A stretch of DNA of 55,329 nt, from positions 111,019-166,347 of the forward strand of contig MU271204.1 of assembly GCA_021432655.1 (NCBI GenBank). Direction: 5' to 3'. The stretch is from Atractiella rhizophila (taxonomy: Eukaryota). Shown here piece by piece: positions 35,957-48,379 of the stretch (position 1 is its first letter; each line of letters starts with the position of its first letter). The position numbers and the translations under genes were made by a program. Below the pieces are notes generated by a model. The model did not search any database. It was not told the DNA's origin and worked only from the letters and a program-made list of their open reading frames with translations.

Positions 35957-36541
35957 TTGACCGCTGTATACCTCACAACTCCCCCCGTCTCTCTACACCT
36001 CTCCTGTCGGCTCCAAGCGCGTACAATCGATCGGGAGAAGAAGGGAAGATAACTGCATGGTATCTTAGCCTTATCCAGAAGCTGGAAGGCAAGATCCGTC
36101 GATTCCCTGGTGAGCCTCGTTTGATTCCCTTCAGCTTCCTCTTCGTTCCATGCTTTCCGATTATTCTATATTTCTATCTACTCATGTATTACGGGTTTTC
36201 CCGCGATGTTGTTTGATCTTTTATCCGATTCATTGGCCTATAAAAAAGCCTCACTTGTTAATGTAAATTCATCTTATTCCTCATCATCTTACTTCGCACT
36301 CACAGCTGAAAGCGCGGTAAGAATCGAGGTAAGTTCCCCGGGTCGTAGAAGCGCCCCTGTAAGATCCATTGTCTTTATTCTGAGACCAAATAGCTTGATA
36401 AGCGGCCCTACACTTCAGTGTGGCTAGCATAAGCTGGTTCCTGTCTCTCCTTTTCGTTTAAGCTCTCATTTATTGATTGAGCCTCTTAGTTCTCTCTCTA
36501 GTTGAGCTAAAGGAACTTGCTTTTTGCAGTAGAGTCTCACA
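35957..36541. repeat. Dispersed LTR-like repeat, copy 2
   Basis: Colinear with 10191-10756 and ends in ...gagtctcaca. The true 5' boundary and a TSD could not be identified. Confidence 0.7.
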
Positions 36542-39500
36542 GTTCATGTTGTTCTTGTTGCCTCCCTCTAGGCTTCAGCACCCCCAGAATGATGACAGGA
36601 ACCCTCCTCCCAGATGGGAGTGTGCTCTCATGTATCGGCTCTTGGACTTCACTCCTCAGGCCTGCTCCAGCCACAAGTCTTGGACTCAGGAGCAGTGCTT
36701 CCCCGCTCAGATAGTCGTCTGAACCTCGAACTCCACCACGAACTCACAACCTGCCAACTGGGTCCACCAATCAAGCAAGCGTTCTCTGAAGTGGGAATGG
36801 TTCAGAAATGGACAAGGATCGTGTGTTGCCTTCGATTTGTTAAATGGGCCATCTTCGAGTTTTACCTCCTTCTATTCTCGATTGGACCATGCTGTCCACA
36901 AACACCTATGCCGTTTGCACTTCGTTCTCACTGAATGTCACTGGGTTTGCGGAGGTCATTTAAATATTTACCGATGACCAATATATATCTCTCCATGGAT
37001 TTGTTCTCCCAATTGAAGGTCGCGTATTTTACCATGCTCTCAATGCTCTTTCAAAAAGAAAACGAGTTTTGTGGCCCATAGAGCCTATAGTTTCCTTATA
37101 AGGTCCCATCTCTTTTTCGGCTTTCGACACGTTGTCCTGCCTTTTGTGTCGGGTCTTCGTAAACTATGTCATTTAGAGGGTTTCGTTTTCTGATTCCAGC
37201 CATCATTCTTCTTCCCCTCCTTTGCCTCACAATTATAACCACTACCACAATTACCGCTTCCACTGATGTATCACATCACAGAGGTCGTTCCTTTCTGAGA
37301 CACAAATCGATGCTACCTCTGAATGTTGGAGTGGTACGGTGTGTTGCAGGCTGGAAACAACATGCTCTCACCTCTCTCATCATACACGATCGTAACCTCG
37401 AATAGTGTTAATAGTGTCCTATCACAACAGGTTCTGTGCGCGCAACCCGTCCTCCTCCTCCGCCGGGCTCACAATTTCAAACCGTCAACAAAATCCCCAC
37501 GTCACTGCGACGAGTGGCATGGGACAGAGGCAACGCACCGCTCTCGCATGATGGGTCGATGTCCTCTGGCAAAGATGACCGGCCCCTATCACCACAAATT
37601 GCACAAGTCTGGTCTCTTGCCACACACCCTGATCAACCACGACGCCAATCTCGTCAATCACCCCATCATTACCTCTTATAAAACCTCACCGAGCGAGGGA
37701 GGTTCCCAAGTGGCGCCAACTGTACACTACGAAACAGAGCCTTTGTCTTGATCAGAGTTCATGACACCCCCCTCAATCCCAGACTCACCTCGATCGTAGC
37801 TCCCGACCGCTTCAAGCTTAACACTTGCGCTGTTTATTGTCCCTCTGCGCGCTCCGCCTGTCACTACGGGAAGTTGCACTCACGTTGGGACACCGACTTC
37901 TAGTCATCCGACGCCGAGCGTCGACTGTCCTAAAAGGAACGGTTGCACTGCAGCAGTAACGCCATCTGCACGGGTAGGTGTTCAGGTAGCCAAGGGCAAA
38001 TCAGTAACTCAATTCCGCAGACGCCAAACTACGTCGACGCACTTAACGCCACCTCGACAGTACCAATCTCTGAACCGGATCTAGCAATCCCCCAACTCCT
38101 TCGAAACGCTGTCCCCGGAATGCACTTCTACGTCTATGACTTGCCAGAAACATGGTCCACATCTGCATTCGCGGCCGCTGCCCAAATGAGAAGCAGCATC
38201 GCTCAGTATTGACGCTGCGAGCTGAAGACATCTTCATATCCCCCCACGACACGCGTCTCCCCGCTTATCACCCGACTAAGTTCTTGTAGGCCTTACAAAT
38301 CAGCAGCACCACACGTACCACATTCTCGAAGACATTCACTAACGATATACGGCGGATGGATTAACTACCCCGTACCAGTTGAAGGACAGACACGATATGG
38401 GGAGATTGATCGTTGTGGACGTGGAATGGGCTCACTCTAACCCTAACTAAAACCTCTTGAAATGAAGAAGGTGTATCAATTGGTCAAGACGGTGCTTGCA
38501 CAGAAGAAATTGTCATTGAATCCATGTTCGCAGCGAAGAGATTTTGGATAACCGCACTGCGACTCTCAACGCTAGGGAACGCATCATTGTCGTACTTCAC
38601 AAGGTCGGGGATCGTGCCAATTCCTTGATCTCACATTCTCTCTGCTGGTGGATTCAAGTTTAGGGCAGCGGACACTATCTGGTCCCTCCAAGCTGCGTTG
38701 GCGAGCTAATCCTCCTCAATCTCGAAGCAGGACAAGATGAGTTAGTGACCGATCTGAATGGTTTCCTCGCGCATCAGCTCGACCTTCGACGTTTGAACCT
38801 CCAGTCCCATGAAGGCCTTGCAAAGCTTATGTCTGCCTTACGAAGCCAGAGGGATGGCATTGATCAAGATTGACACAATCAGCCCTTGTTGATCCGTGAC
38901 CACTCGCCACTACACAACATTCCAGCACATCTTCCACTTCCATGGCCCTGAATGTTAGCCAGGTATCCCACCTCACTAGACTGTACGATATCAAGGAAGT
39001 GTTGACTGCCCATTTCCCCCCGCCTATGCACTCAGCGAACTAGCTCTCAGTCCAGGACGATCATTGCCGTCCGACTCAGCGGGTACCGACACTTTTCAAT
39101 CATGCGATACGCACATCGAGTAACACATGGGAAGAGTATTTTTCATTAATATCTCCCAGGGATTGCGACGATCTCGATGCCCTTGATGAGAAATTTGAAT
39201 TCAGGTGAGGAGATGCTAAATCCAGGATGGTTTTGAGGGACCTTAATAACATGGTGTGAAGGATCTGGGATCTGGGTCTGTCAAATTACTGGGCCCGACT
39301 CTGTTGATGTTCATGATTCATCCTGCCATCTCACTTGAGTGGCAATTCGAGAACGTTCCTTTTGCCACCAGTTCTCGCGTTTTTTCTTATCTTACTTTTC
39401 TTGAAGATTCTAGAACATTGTATCCACAAGTATATAAAAGGCTCTGAAAAGCGAAATAATCATTGTGACATTCTACAATAACAACACACTTAGTAATGTT

Positions 39501-40535
39501 GATTTCAAGGTCTGAAAGGAATGCATTACAATGAAACATTAACGGGCCTTTATACCTTAAGGAACTCGGCAAGATGAGTAAAAATGGCCAGGAAGCAAAA
39601 ACTAGTAAAAGACTAAGAGCCACAAATGGATGTGGCACAACGTACGGTGCAAATCCTGACAAGTAAGTGACAAAGGTCAAGGAAACTGGGATGTTATTGA
39701 AAAATGTACAAGCGTTGCGAAGTGCGAGATAACACTGAGTATGAATCTCGCACGTGCAGGTTGACAAGCTTTATAACAGAGAGATCCCTGTGGCAAAAGA
39801 TTGGCCACAGTTCCAGAAAGTACTCGAAGGAAACTAAATGCGCAAGTGCGCAAGTGGCGAAAGGAGGAGGCATACGATTCCGTCAGTTATGTGTTACCCA
39901 GAAACCTAACGAACATGCCCCGAAATTCACATAGATCTTTAACAGCACCATTTTCGTTCCTATTGTGCCTACCAGCCGAGCAATAACACCTGGAAACCTC
40001 AGTGCAAGTCGAGACTGTAGGCATACAAATTTTTAGAAACGGAGGATCTCTCGACTGAGATAAACCACTCTTGATCCGAATTAGCGGTACTCAAGTTTGG
40101 CATTTTAATATAGCTAGCTTTCAGTCAGTCGTAAATGGATGGGGAAGTCAACTCGAGAGACGCTGATTTTGTCATTTCTCTAGAATTTGAGCGAAAAAAC
40201 GCGATTAGCGTAAATATTCCCTTGGGAAAACACTTGAGAAGACAACGCCATATTTTCATTAATATCTAAAAGGGAATGCAGCCAATTATCTTCATGTTGG
40301 GAGACAAGAGTTACCTATCTAAGGGATTGATGAGAATTTAAATGACTTTAATTATATGGTGTTAAAGATCTGGGTGTTAAAGTTCTGGGTAACACCTAGT
40401 AGACACAAGTCGGAAGGAAAGCAGGTTTGCAGTGGGCTGGCGATCCACGTGGGCGATCAAGCGCGATGGCATGGTGCTCGTTCGGGTCCTTGGTAGGTTA
40501 GTGTGAGGCACAAGCGATGATCACCTACCAAGACT

Positions 40536-42824
40536 CTAAGAAAGCTCGGGATTGAAAGGACGGTGATGGTCCAAGTGAGGCCCAGTGATTTGTAACCACG
40601 TCGTATCCTTGTTCAGTTCAACGGAGATGTTGTGGTCTAGCATCCCCGCCAACAACGGATGGTCGTAGAGGGCTTGAGATTGGGAGGACGGTGGGGGCTC
40701 AACCGGGATCCCACTCGCCCACGCATGACCGTCCTCGTTAAGTCGAAGGGAGATGTTGCGGTCTGGCATCCCCAACGATGAATGGTCGAAGAGGGCTTGA
40801 GATTGGGAGGACGGCGGTGGCTCAACCGGGATCCCACTCGCCCACGCATGACCGTCCTCGTTAAGTCGAAGGGAGATGTTGCGGTCTGGCATCCCCAACG
40901 ATGAATGGTCGAAGAGGGCTTGAGATTGGGAGGACGGCGGTGGCTCAACCGGGATCCCACTCGCCCACGCATGACCGTCCTCGTTAAGTCGAAGGGAGAT
41001 GTTGCGGTCTGGCATCCCCAACGATGAATGGTCGAAGAGGGCTTGAGATTGTGAGGACGGCGGTGGCTCAACCGGGATCCCACTCGCCCACGCATGACCG
41101 TCCTCGTTAAGTCGAAGGGAGATGTTGTGGTCTGGCATCCCCAACGATGAATGGTCGAAGAGGGCTTGAGATTGGGAGGACGGCGGTGGCTCAACCGGGA
41201 TCCCACTCGCCCAGGCATGACCGTCCTCGTTAAGTCTAAGGGAGATGTTGCGGTCTGGCATCCCCAACGATGAATGGTCGAAGAGGGCTTGAGATTGGGA
41301 GGACGGCGGTGGCTCAACCGGGATCCCACTCGCCCACGCATGACCGTCCTCGTTAAGTCGAAGGGAGATGTTGCGGTCTGGCATCCCCAACGATGAATGG
41401 TCGAAGAGGGCTTGAGATTGGGAGGACGGCGGTGGCTCAACCGGGATCCCACTCGCCCACGCATGACCGTCCTCGTTAAGTCGAAGGGAGATGTTGTGGT
41501 CTGGCATCCCCAACGACGAATGGTCGAAGAGGGCTCGACATTGGATGGACTGGAATTGGAGTGACTCTTGATGCTCGCGATGAAGTTCACGATTGAAGCC
41601 TGTGAGTGCGAGAGTAGGAAGAGAGCCCAAACGGTCGGATGAAGAATTGGAGATTGATTGGTATTGGGGGTTACCGTCCCGTCTTTGCCCCAACAGCGAC
41701 CCGGCATGTCCACTATGCTTCTCCTCACTCCCCATCTCAGCTGAACCGCCCATCCCATCCCGCCTATCAGTTTGCTTGTTGCTACCTCTTTCTGCTTCTG
41801 AAAGTAGTCCTTGCAATTCCGCCTTCTCCTTCTCCAACCTTAAAACTACACCTTCCAATTCTCTGATCTTGTTCTTCGCGGCATGGAACTCTGCATAGTG
41901 ATCAGACGATTTACTGAAAGGTAGGGCGAATTACCAGAATCCGGCAAAAGCACAAATGTCGCCCGGGATCCAAGCATACCCCTGCATCCCTGTTCAACTC
42001 AAGCAATTTGGGAAAGTCCCGCTCACTAACATGTCGCAGGTGTCTCGCGAAGACGAATTGGGTCTAGAACTGGCGTGCTGAAACTGCTCTTAAAACGGGT
42101 GAAGAGCTTAACTAACACGTACAAACTCTGGGCTCAGGTCGGGACGACTTGAGTCCACATCCCCTCCTCTGCTTCCTTGGACGTCGTGCACCTTCACAGA
42201 GGAGAGGGAACACACATTTGACGTTTGGGATCGCGAAGGAGCACCGGTTCTTCTCTGTTTGTGGGAGGGGTGTTTCTTCAGTGCTAAAACTTCGCTTGAG
42301 CTGCGTTTTATCAACAATTCTAACATACCACAACGGTTACAAATGATTCTGCCAGCCGCATCCTCCCTCCACTTAGTAGTTAGCTGGCGCCCACACATAG
42401 GACAACATTCTGGCTCCTTTTGTCGAAAACATTGTTAATGGAGCTCAACATTGACTTCTACGAAACACGCACCTTGCGCTTTGGACGGCCCGGAGGACGA
42501 TGTTTGGGACGGCACGAAATCCCACTCCTGCACGCCGTTCAGAAGCCGAAAACCTTGAAAGTCAACCCGCTTACTCAAGGCAACGTGAACAAGGCATCAT
42601 CTACGTGAGGAATCAGTCACAGGTCTCACCGCTGCACAACCATACCCTATTACACAAAATCTTTCTACTGTGACACGCCTGATGTTAATTCATCAATTCT
42701 CACATGCACTTGATTACACGAAGTCACATACCTCACAAGCTAGCATGGCGCACGACAATTACTCAGTATTCTCGATAAACATGAAAGCAGACGTACCTGC
42801 CACCATGTTTTCTTGGGTTGCCAT
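40536..42824 (-). CDS. Spliced transcription factor: Zn(II)2Cys6 + AT-hook-like + GATA finger + coiled coil + 41-aa repeats
   Basis: Exons 42824-42797, 42739-42732, 42678-42646, 42600-42575, 42527-42473 and 42416-42329, joined through 45-57 nt GT-AG introns, give MATQENMVAACEACHSRKILCNRMMPCSRCLESGISCRPKHRPPGRPKRKEPECCPMCGRQLTTKWREDAAGRIICNRC. The last exon is the 440-aa ORF. Exons between 42283 and 41895 were not fully resolved. Confidence 0.8.
40674..41534 (-). repeat. Coding tandem repeat, 7 x 123 bp (41 aa), plus a diverged eighth unit
   Basis: ALFDHSSLGMPD(H/R)NISLRLNEDGHAWASGIPVEPPPSSQSQ x7, nearly identical at DNA level, followed by ALYDHPLLAGMLDHNISVELNKD. Confidence 0.97.
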
Positions 42825-45800
42825 TCGATGGAGCTGTTCGAGTGCGAGGAGAGGAGAAAATGCAGCTGAGCTTTAAAGAAGGTGCCTCACAATAACCTTA
42901 ATATTTTGAGTTAGGTCAATATTTGCAATCTAGTAATCAAGGTTTCCCCTCAAAGTTTCCTCCCATTCACCATTTGCAAAACCGTGGGAACGAACTGTCT
43001 TACATCCTTTTCAGGATGATCACAAGGTTGTCGGAGGTGATTTTTAAGGTTTGTCGTCGTTGTGACCTTCGGCTCCGATAACTCCAAAGCCGCCGTACAA
43101 TTGCGTGCTACTTAATAAGCATGGCCAAAGGCGCCAAAGGCGCCAACCTGCGCTATTTTGCGACACCAACATAAAGTTGACGAGGAGCAATAAATGGACA
43201 CTCATTTTGCAAATGACGGTAACGGTACTCCCCCAAAGCATCGCCCTTCTAGAAGAACAGAATAACCTATTACCATCGAGTCATCCAACTATCTTCACAA
43301 GCCGCCAAGACTGGTCATAGCCATGTTGATAATTCACGAGTTTCTTTCTTCTCCCTCGTTCAACTTTACTCTGGATCTGAGTCTTCAAAAAGACACTGAA
43401 GCCCAGTTACATGCCAAATGTGGGACACCAGGATTCCAAGTCTGAAACCTAAAACTAAAAAGTTGATCCATCACAGCTTGCTGATGGCAACAAGAACTTG
43501 CGTGTTCAGGCTGGAATCAGAAAATTGCTGTCTCCTCACCACAGTTTATGCTCAAATTGCCGAATTTCAACGAAGTAGTGAGTCACCAAGAAATCCTGAA
43601 ATAAAAAGCAAGACGTTTGACCATGACTCACGCATACACTTTCGAACCCTTAAATCACCGCCCACACAACAACCCTTTCAGAATTTTGGGTATACCACCA
43701 GAATACGCGTGTGAGCGCCTTTCGAAGCGTATACAGCAAAGACCATTTGCAAACACAAAAAAACGAGGGGGCCACTCAGCTTGTGTCAAAAAGCAGTATC
43801 GAAGAGTCGAAGAGTCGCATTGCAACCTTTGCACGCCTCTCGCAAGTGCAGTATTAGCATGTATTTGATGCCCTGGTTCCTCTGTCGGATTCCAACTCTT
43901 CTTCACCTCCCTCCCTCCAACTCCTCCACTTTGTCCACCTTCCACATCACTTCGACCCTGTTTTTGATTAATGTCACCGCGAACCAGTATTAACGTCTAT
44001 ATTGATGCGGTGAAGATTGAAAATACTCTCAAGATGATCTTGGAGTGTGCAAGTGCGGAAGCTGCAACTGCTGAAGACGTTTTGGAGCATTTGGAGCAAT
44101 AGAAAGCAATTCATGGAGGGGACGAGCTCAAACCTTTGGAGGTGGTGACATGCACTTTAGGTTCTTTCTATTTGAACATGAGACTCAAAGGTGATCAAGG
44201 TACATGCAAAGGCAGCGGTGCTTGTCTTCCACAATGTCCTCGTTATGCTGAACTCTCCGACCTCTTGAAAAGGCAGCAAGCACCTTTAGACTCAAAGGTG
44301 CCTGGAGATAATCTTAGGTCAGCTATTCTACAAGCATTCCATGTTCTTGGTGTTGATCCACGATTTGCAGAGTGAACCCTGCGGAAGCATCGTACGAAGC
44401 ACTTTGAGTTGACGACTTTTGGGAAATCCAACGTTCAGGTGAGGTTCAAAGAAATGAATTCACATTGGCTCATGCTCCTGGGGTATACCATCTCGTCTCA
44501 AGCAACCATTGCGGCATCATTGGCCAATGTGTTGGCAAGACATTGGGATGGTCTCGTTGTCGTCAACAAGGTCAGCTCTTTCCTCATTATCGGGATTTGT
44601 CTCATGAGTGCACCGTTTTTTGACAGCAAGGATACGAGCCGCCAAAATTGATAGCCGAGATGTCATTCGAGAAGTATGATGAATTCTTAGGTTTGGGCCA
44701 ATGGAGAGAAACAGAAAGCGAAAGCTCAGGTGCAGAAGGGGGAGAAGGGGGTAAAAAGGAATGATTGCAATACAGTTTGTTACAATATTCGTGTTCTGAT
44801 CAATTGTGCCAGCTGCAGATTTACTGAGGTAGATGCTGGACTTCATCTGCAGTCCCATTGGCAACAGCTCCCTTAGTCCGTTCAGCAATCATGAGAAGTG
44901 TGCCTTATTTTCACATCAGCCATGGAAACGCCAGGAAAAAAGAGCACACCGCATCTTGACATTGGCACGCGCTTTCCCTCCAAGTTGCCCAATCAAAACA
45001 CGCAGCCCTTCGTCCGATAAGCCGTGGATATTGAAGCCGGGCTGGAAACAAGGCAACGCAAGGAAGGCAACGGATGGACGAGCCAGGGTTTATTTGGCTT
45101 TTGTTTGAAGGGCTTTTGATTCTTGGTGCTTCTTGATACCTTCGCAGATAAGAGCTCTCTGATCGAGCTAAGGGATAGGTGGGCGAAATTGTTGGGGGAG
45201 AGAACTATTTCGAAGACTGTGGGTATTCAGAAGGTAAAGTGCTTGACCATCTCAAACCCGTCATCAATGCAGCCTGCAATTGGACAAGCATGTTGGACAT
45301 TGGCAACAGCTTTCAGGGAATCCTCTCAATGGAATGAATCTAGAGTGCTCTTCCTAAAGAGTTGCAACTTACAGCTGAGCCCAGTTTGGAGAAGTACACA
45401 GAGGGCAATAAGAGAGCTAGCTGAAAGCCCTTGTAGCACGTTCCTGTAAAAGCGAGCTGGCGGCCATATGCATGAAGTTCCTGTGTATTCACCCTAAGAG
45501 ATCTGTCCACCGGTTGGACAAGGAGAATTTGGTTAATCTGGAAGATGTACAGGGAGTGGAAACAGAACCATGAGCAACACACCAATATTGTGAAGAGACA
45601 CACCTGTTCCTTCTCCTCCATCAGAACGAACATATCCGTCCATGCCTCCTAATCGGACGCGGTAGTAACTGAATGCACTCGAAGATGCTTGTATTCCAGG
45701 AAGTTCTGACCATCAGAGGGGAGGTGAAGTGAGGGCCGCAGTTGGTGAAGGATTGTGTCGGCTGCTGATATGTGCAAGTTGCTCCTACTTTCGACCAACT

Positions 45801-46283
45801 TCCTGCTCCAGATCAATAACCTTGTTTACTCGTGGAAAATCGTTTTCTGAAATACGTACCTGGAGGTTTTGCAGTGGCAGACTGTGCGCATGGATCCAGG
45901 AGTGTAAGTCCCCACATTTAGTAATAGGATTCATCACAAATAAGGGCAATAACTTTTGAAGAAGAGCAAACCCATTTACTAGTGACTTGGTCCTTCCAGA
46001 ACCCGCCACTGATGTAATGCATTCGATCATGCCTATCAATGAGGCGGCAATGTCAACTCCAGGAGCTTGATGACTGGAAGACAGAGCGAAGGCGAACGAC
46101 ACCAATACAATTTCAAACTTTTCCGTAGCAGAGTTGATAGGGCCCCAACTGGCGGACATTGTCTACAACGTGGATGAGGAGGTGAAACTTCCGTGTGTTG
46201 AGCCATTGCATTGTCAATGAGGCTGTCGAATATAAGAAGGCGGCGATTGCCGCTTCTAGATTGTCCTATCATGTGAATGTTAC

Positions 46284-47700
46284 TAGGGCTCGACACCATG
46301 CCGACCCGTTGATTTTTTGGGCGAAACGGGGACGGGACGGTTACACCCCGTCCCGTTTGTCCCGTCTGCAGGATTCTTCCCTTGTCGAGGACGGCAACGG
46401 GATCTGTAGCTGCCACAGTTGAGGAAGAGCCGCCATCCTTCACTTTGGGCCATGCGCCAATTGAATTGAGGAGTTCGATGACAGCGAGATGGACAATATG
46501 CGGAAGACATCTTCCTCTGCGTTCGGCTGCTGGGAAGGGTATACCATCCTTGGCAAACAGCAGCTCTAATTCTTCCACCATCGTGTCGTTGGAGCTTGCA
46601 TTGTCCGAATCTAGGCTCCACTTCTTGGAGCAAATACGTACCTTTTCCAAAATCCTCAACCGTGTGAGAACACTGTAAACCAACTTGGCAAGCTTTTTCC
46701 CGCTGTGCTCTCCATGCACCTCAACGAAATCCAACAAATCGGTATTAAGATTCCAGTTGGACTCAGCTGGATGGCCACAGATCACGAGGAAACTCGAATT
46801 AATACTGGCGGTCCAAAGATCAAGGGAAATAGCGAATTTGCATTCCAGGGACTATAAAAGTCATGGGTCAATGCCAGTGTGACAAAATAAAATAAATGTA
46901 CCTCATAGTATTTGATGAGATTATCCCCAAGGTTGTCAAAATAATCCGAAGTTGCACGTCAGATCGTCGTTGAAGAGGGAATCTCCAGTCGAGAACCGTG
47001 GACATAGCTCAGCAGATCCCTCAACTCCTGGCATTCAACCCCCGTAAAAGGCTGCATGCTGACCGAAACCCAACACGTGAGGAGGTATTTGAGCCTTTCA
47101 GGATCTACCTTCTGTAATATAATCTATAAGTCCCATGCTTTGCCAATAGCGAACGAAACAAACCTCATTGCCATTTCTTTCGAAGGAAGACCCCTTTGCA
47201 ATCGAATGATTCCTCATCCATGCTTGAATACTACCCGGAGCTGGCACATCCTCATCCTCAGGCGGCGAATCCCTGCGCAACAACTTGTATTCTGGAGTCG
47301 TCAGTTCCTTTCTTGCATATCTGATGTCGGCGTCATTCAGGTCCTCGCTGGCTGGAGTATTTGCGAGTCGTTGGAGGGCTTTAGTGACATATTGTCCATG
47401 CTTGTTCTGCAGATGATTGATCAAGGCGTCGTAGTTGTATTTACTTTCGCTCGTCTGGCGAAAGTAGAGGCTGCATCGGCGGCATTGAAAGATACGGTTG
47501 CTAGGAACGACAGGGTGAGGTCCGAATACTCCTTTCGGAACGGCAGTATGATCTTCAACATGATGGTAGAAGAACTTGCATGTCGCCTTGCCGCGAGGTT
47601 CGTTATTGCGAGCTCTCTGAGTAACTTGTCAGGGTGAACAAGGAAGTAGCTAAGCATCAGGTACACACCTTTCTCCGGGATTCTGAACCGAACCCCATTT
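46284..47700 (-). mobile_element. Internally deleted hAT transposon of the TAGGGCT family
   Basis: Minus-strand motifs MINHLQNKH (BED end), MQPFTGVECQELRDLL, SLDLWT, LLDFVEVHGEHSG..LA, SDNASSNDTM, RCLPHIVHLAV. Coding sequence stops at ~46375 and runs into a ~90-bp terminus (tagggctcgacacc... at 46284) carrying gacgg/ccgtc motifs. Confidence 0.85.
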
Positions 47701-48379
47701 GCTGCTCGTCATCATCAGTTGTTTCCTATACAGTTGGTCACCTACTTTGGATTGATGAGTTAATCTGTGAATGGGTCCCGCTTTCAGATATTAGGCGCTT
47801 CAGTTTTTACTGACATTTAATTCCAAAGATGGTTAAGTCGAGAGAGTTCCGAGCAGGCGTACTAAAAGATGGATTTACTGTGCCTTGGTCTTATTGTTCT
47901 GCATGGTCAACACAGAACTACCAAGTGGCTCTTTTTAAAATACCAGCCAGTCAAATTTCAGTAGCTTTCTCCTCTTATCACAACGAGGTCACCTGAGTGT
48001 GTTGGATCACAGACGAGAATATCCCGTTGTCGACCCATGACAGGCAATGATGAGGGGCATATAATATTCAGCTGACGGAGCTGAGAGGCTTCAAACACAA
48101 GTTGAAATTTGATATTAATATTGACAAGCACATAGGGGGACACTTACGGTTCTGCCACAGCGACTTTTTTGTTCTGCATTGTTCTGCAAGCAGGCGGCCA
48201 CATCGGTTAGCGGTCATGCCGTTTGGGAGCTTAATTTTGAGCTTAACTTTGAATTTTTTTTGAGGTGCTCTATTTTTATTGTAATTGTTTTGTCTCATGT
48301 TGTTCTTTTCAAATCAACCCCGTTACAAGAATGCCAATACAAGAGTATCCACTCACCACAAAATATTTCCTTCGCGTTG

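Noticed and set aside
40674..41534. CRISPR-like array
   Set aside because: The units are contiguous and identical with no unique spacers, the length is a multiple of 3 within an ORF, and the context is eukaryotic.
40637..41758. Second 373-aa ORF overlapping the repeat
   Set aside because: A stop-free alternative frame is expected when one stop-free unit is repeated. It has no independent support.
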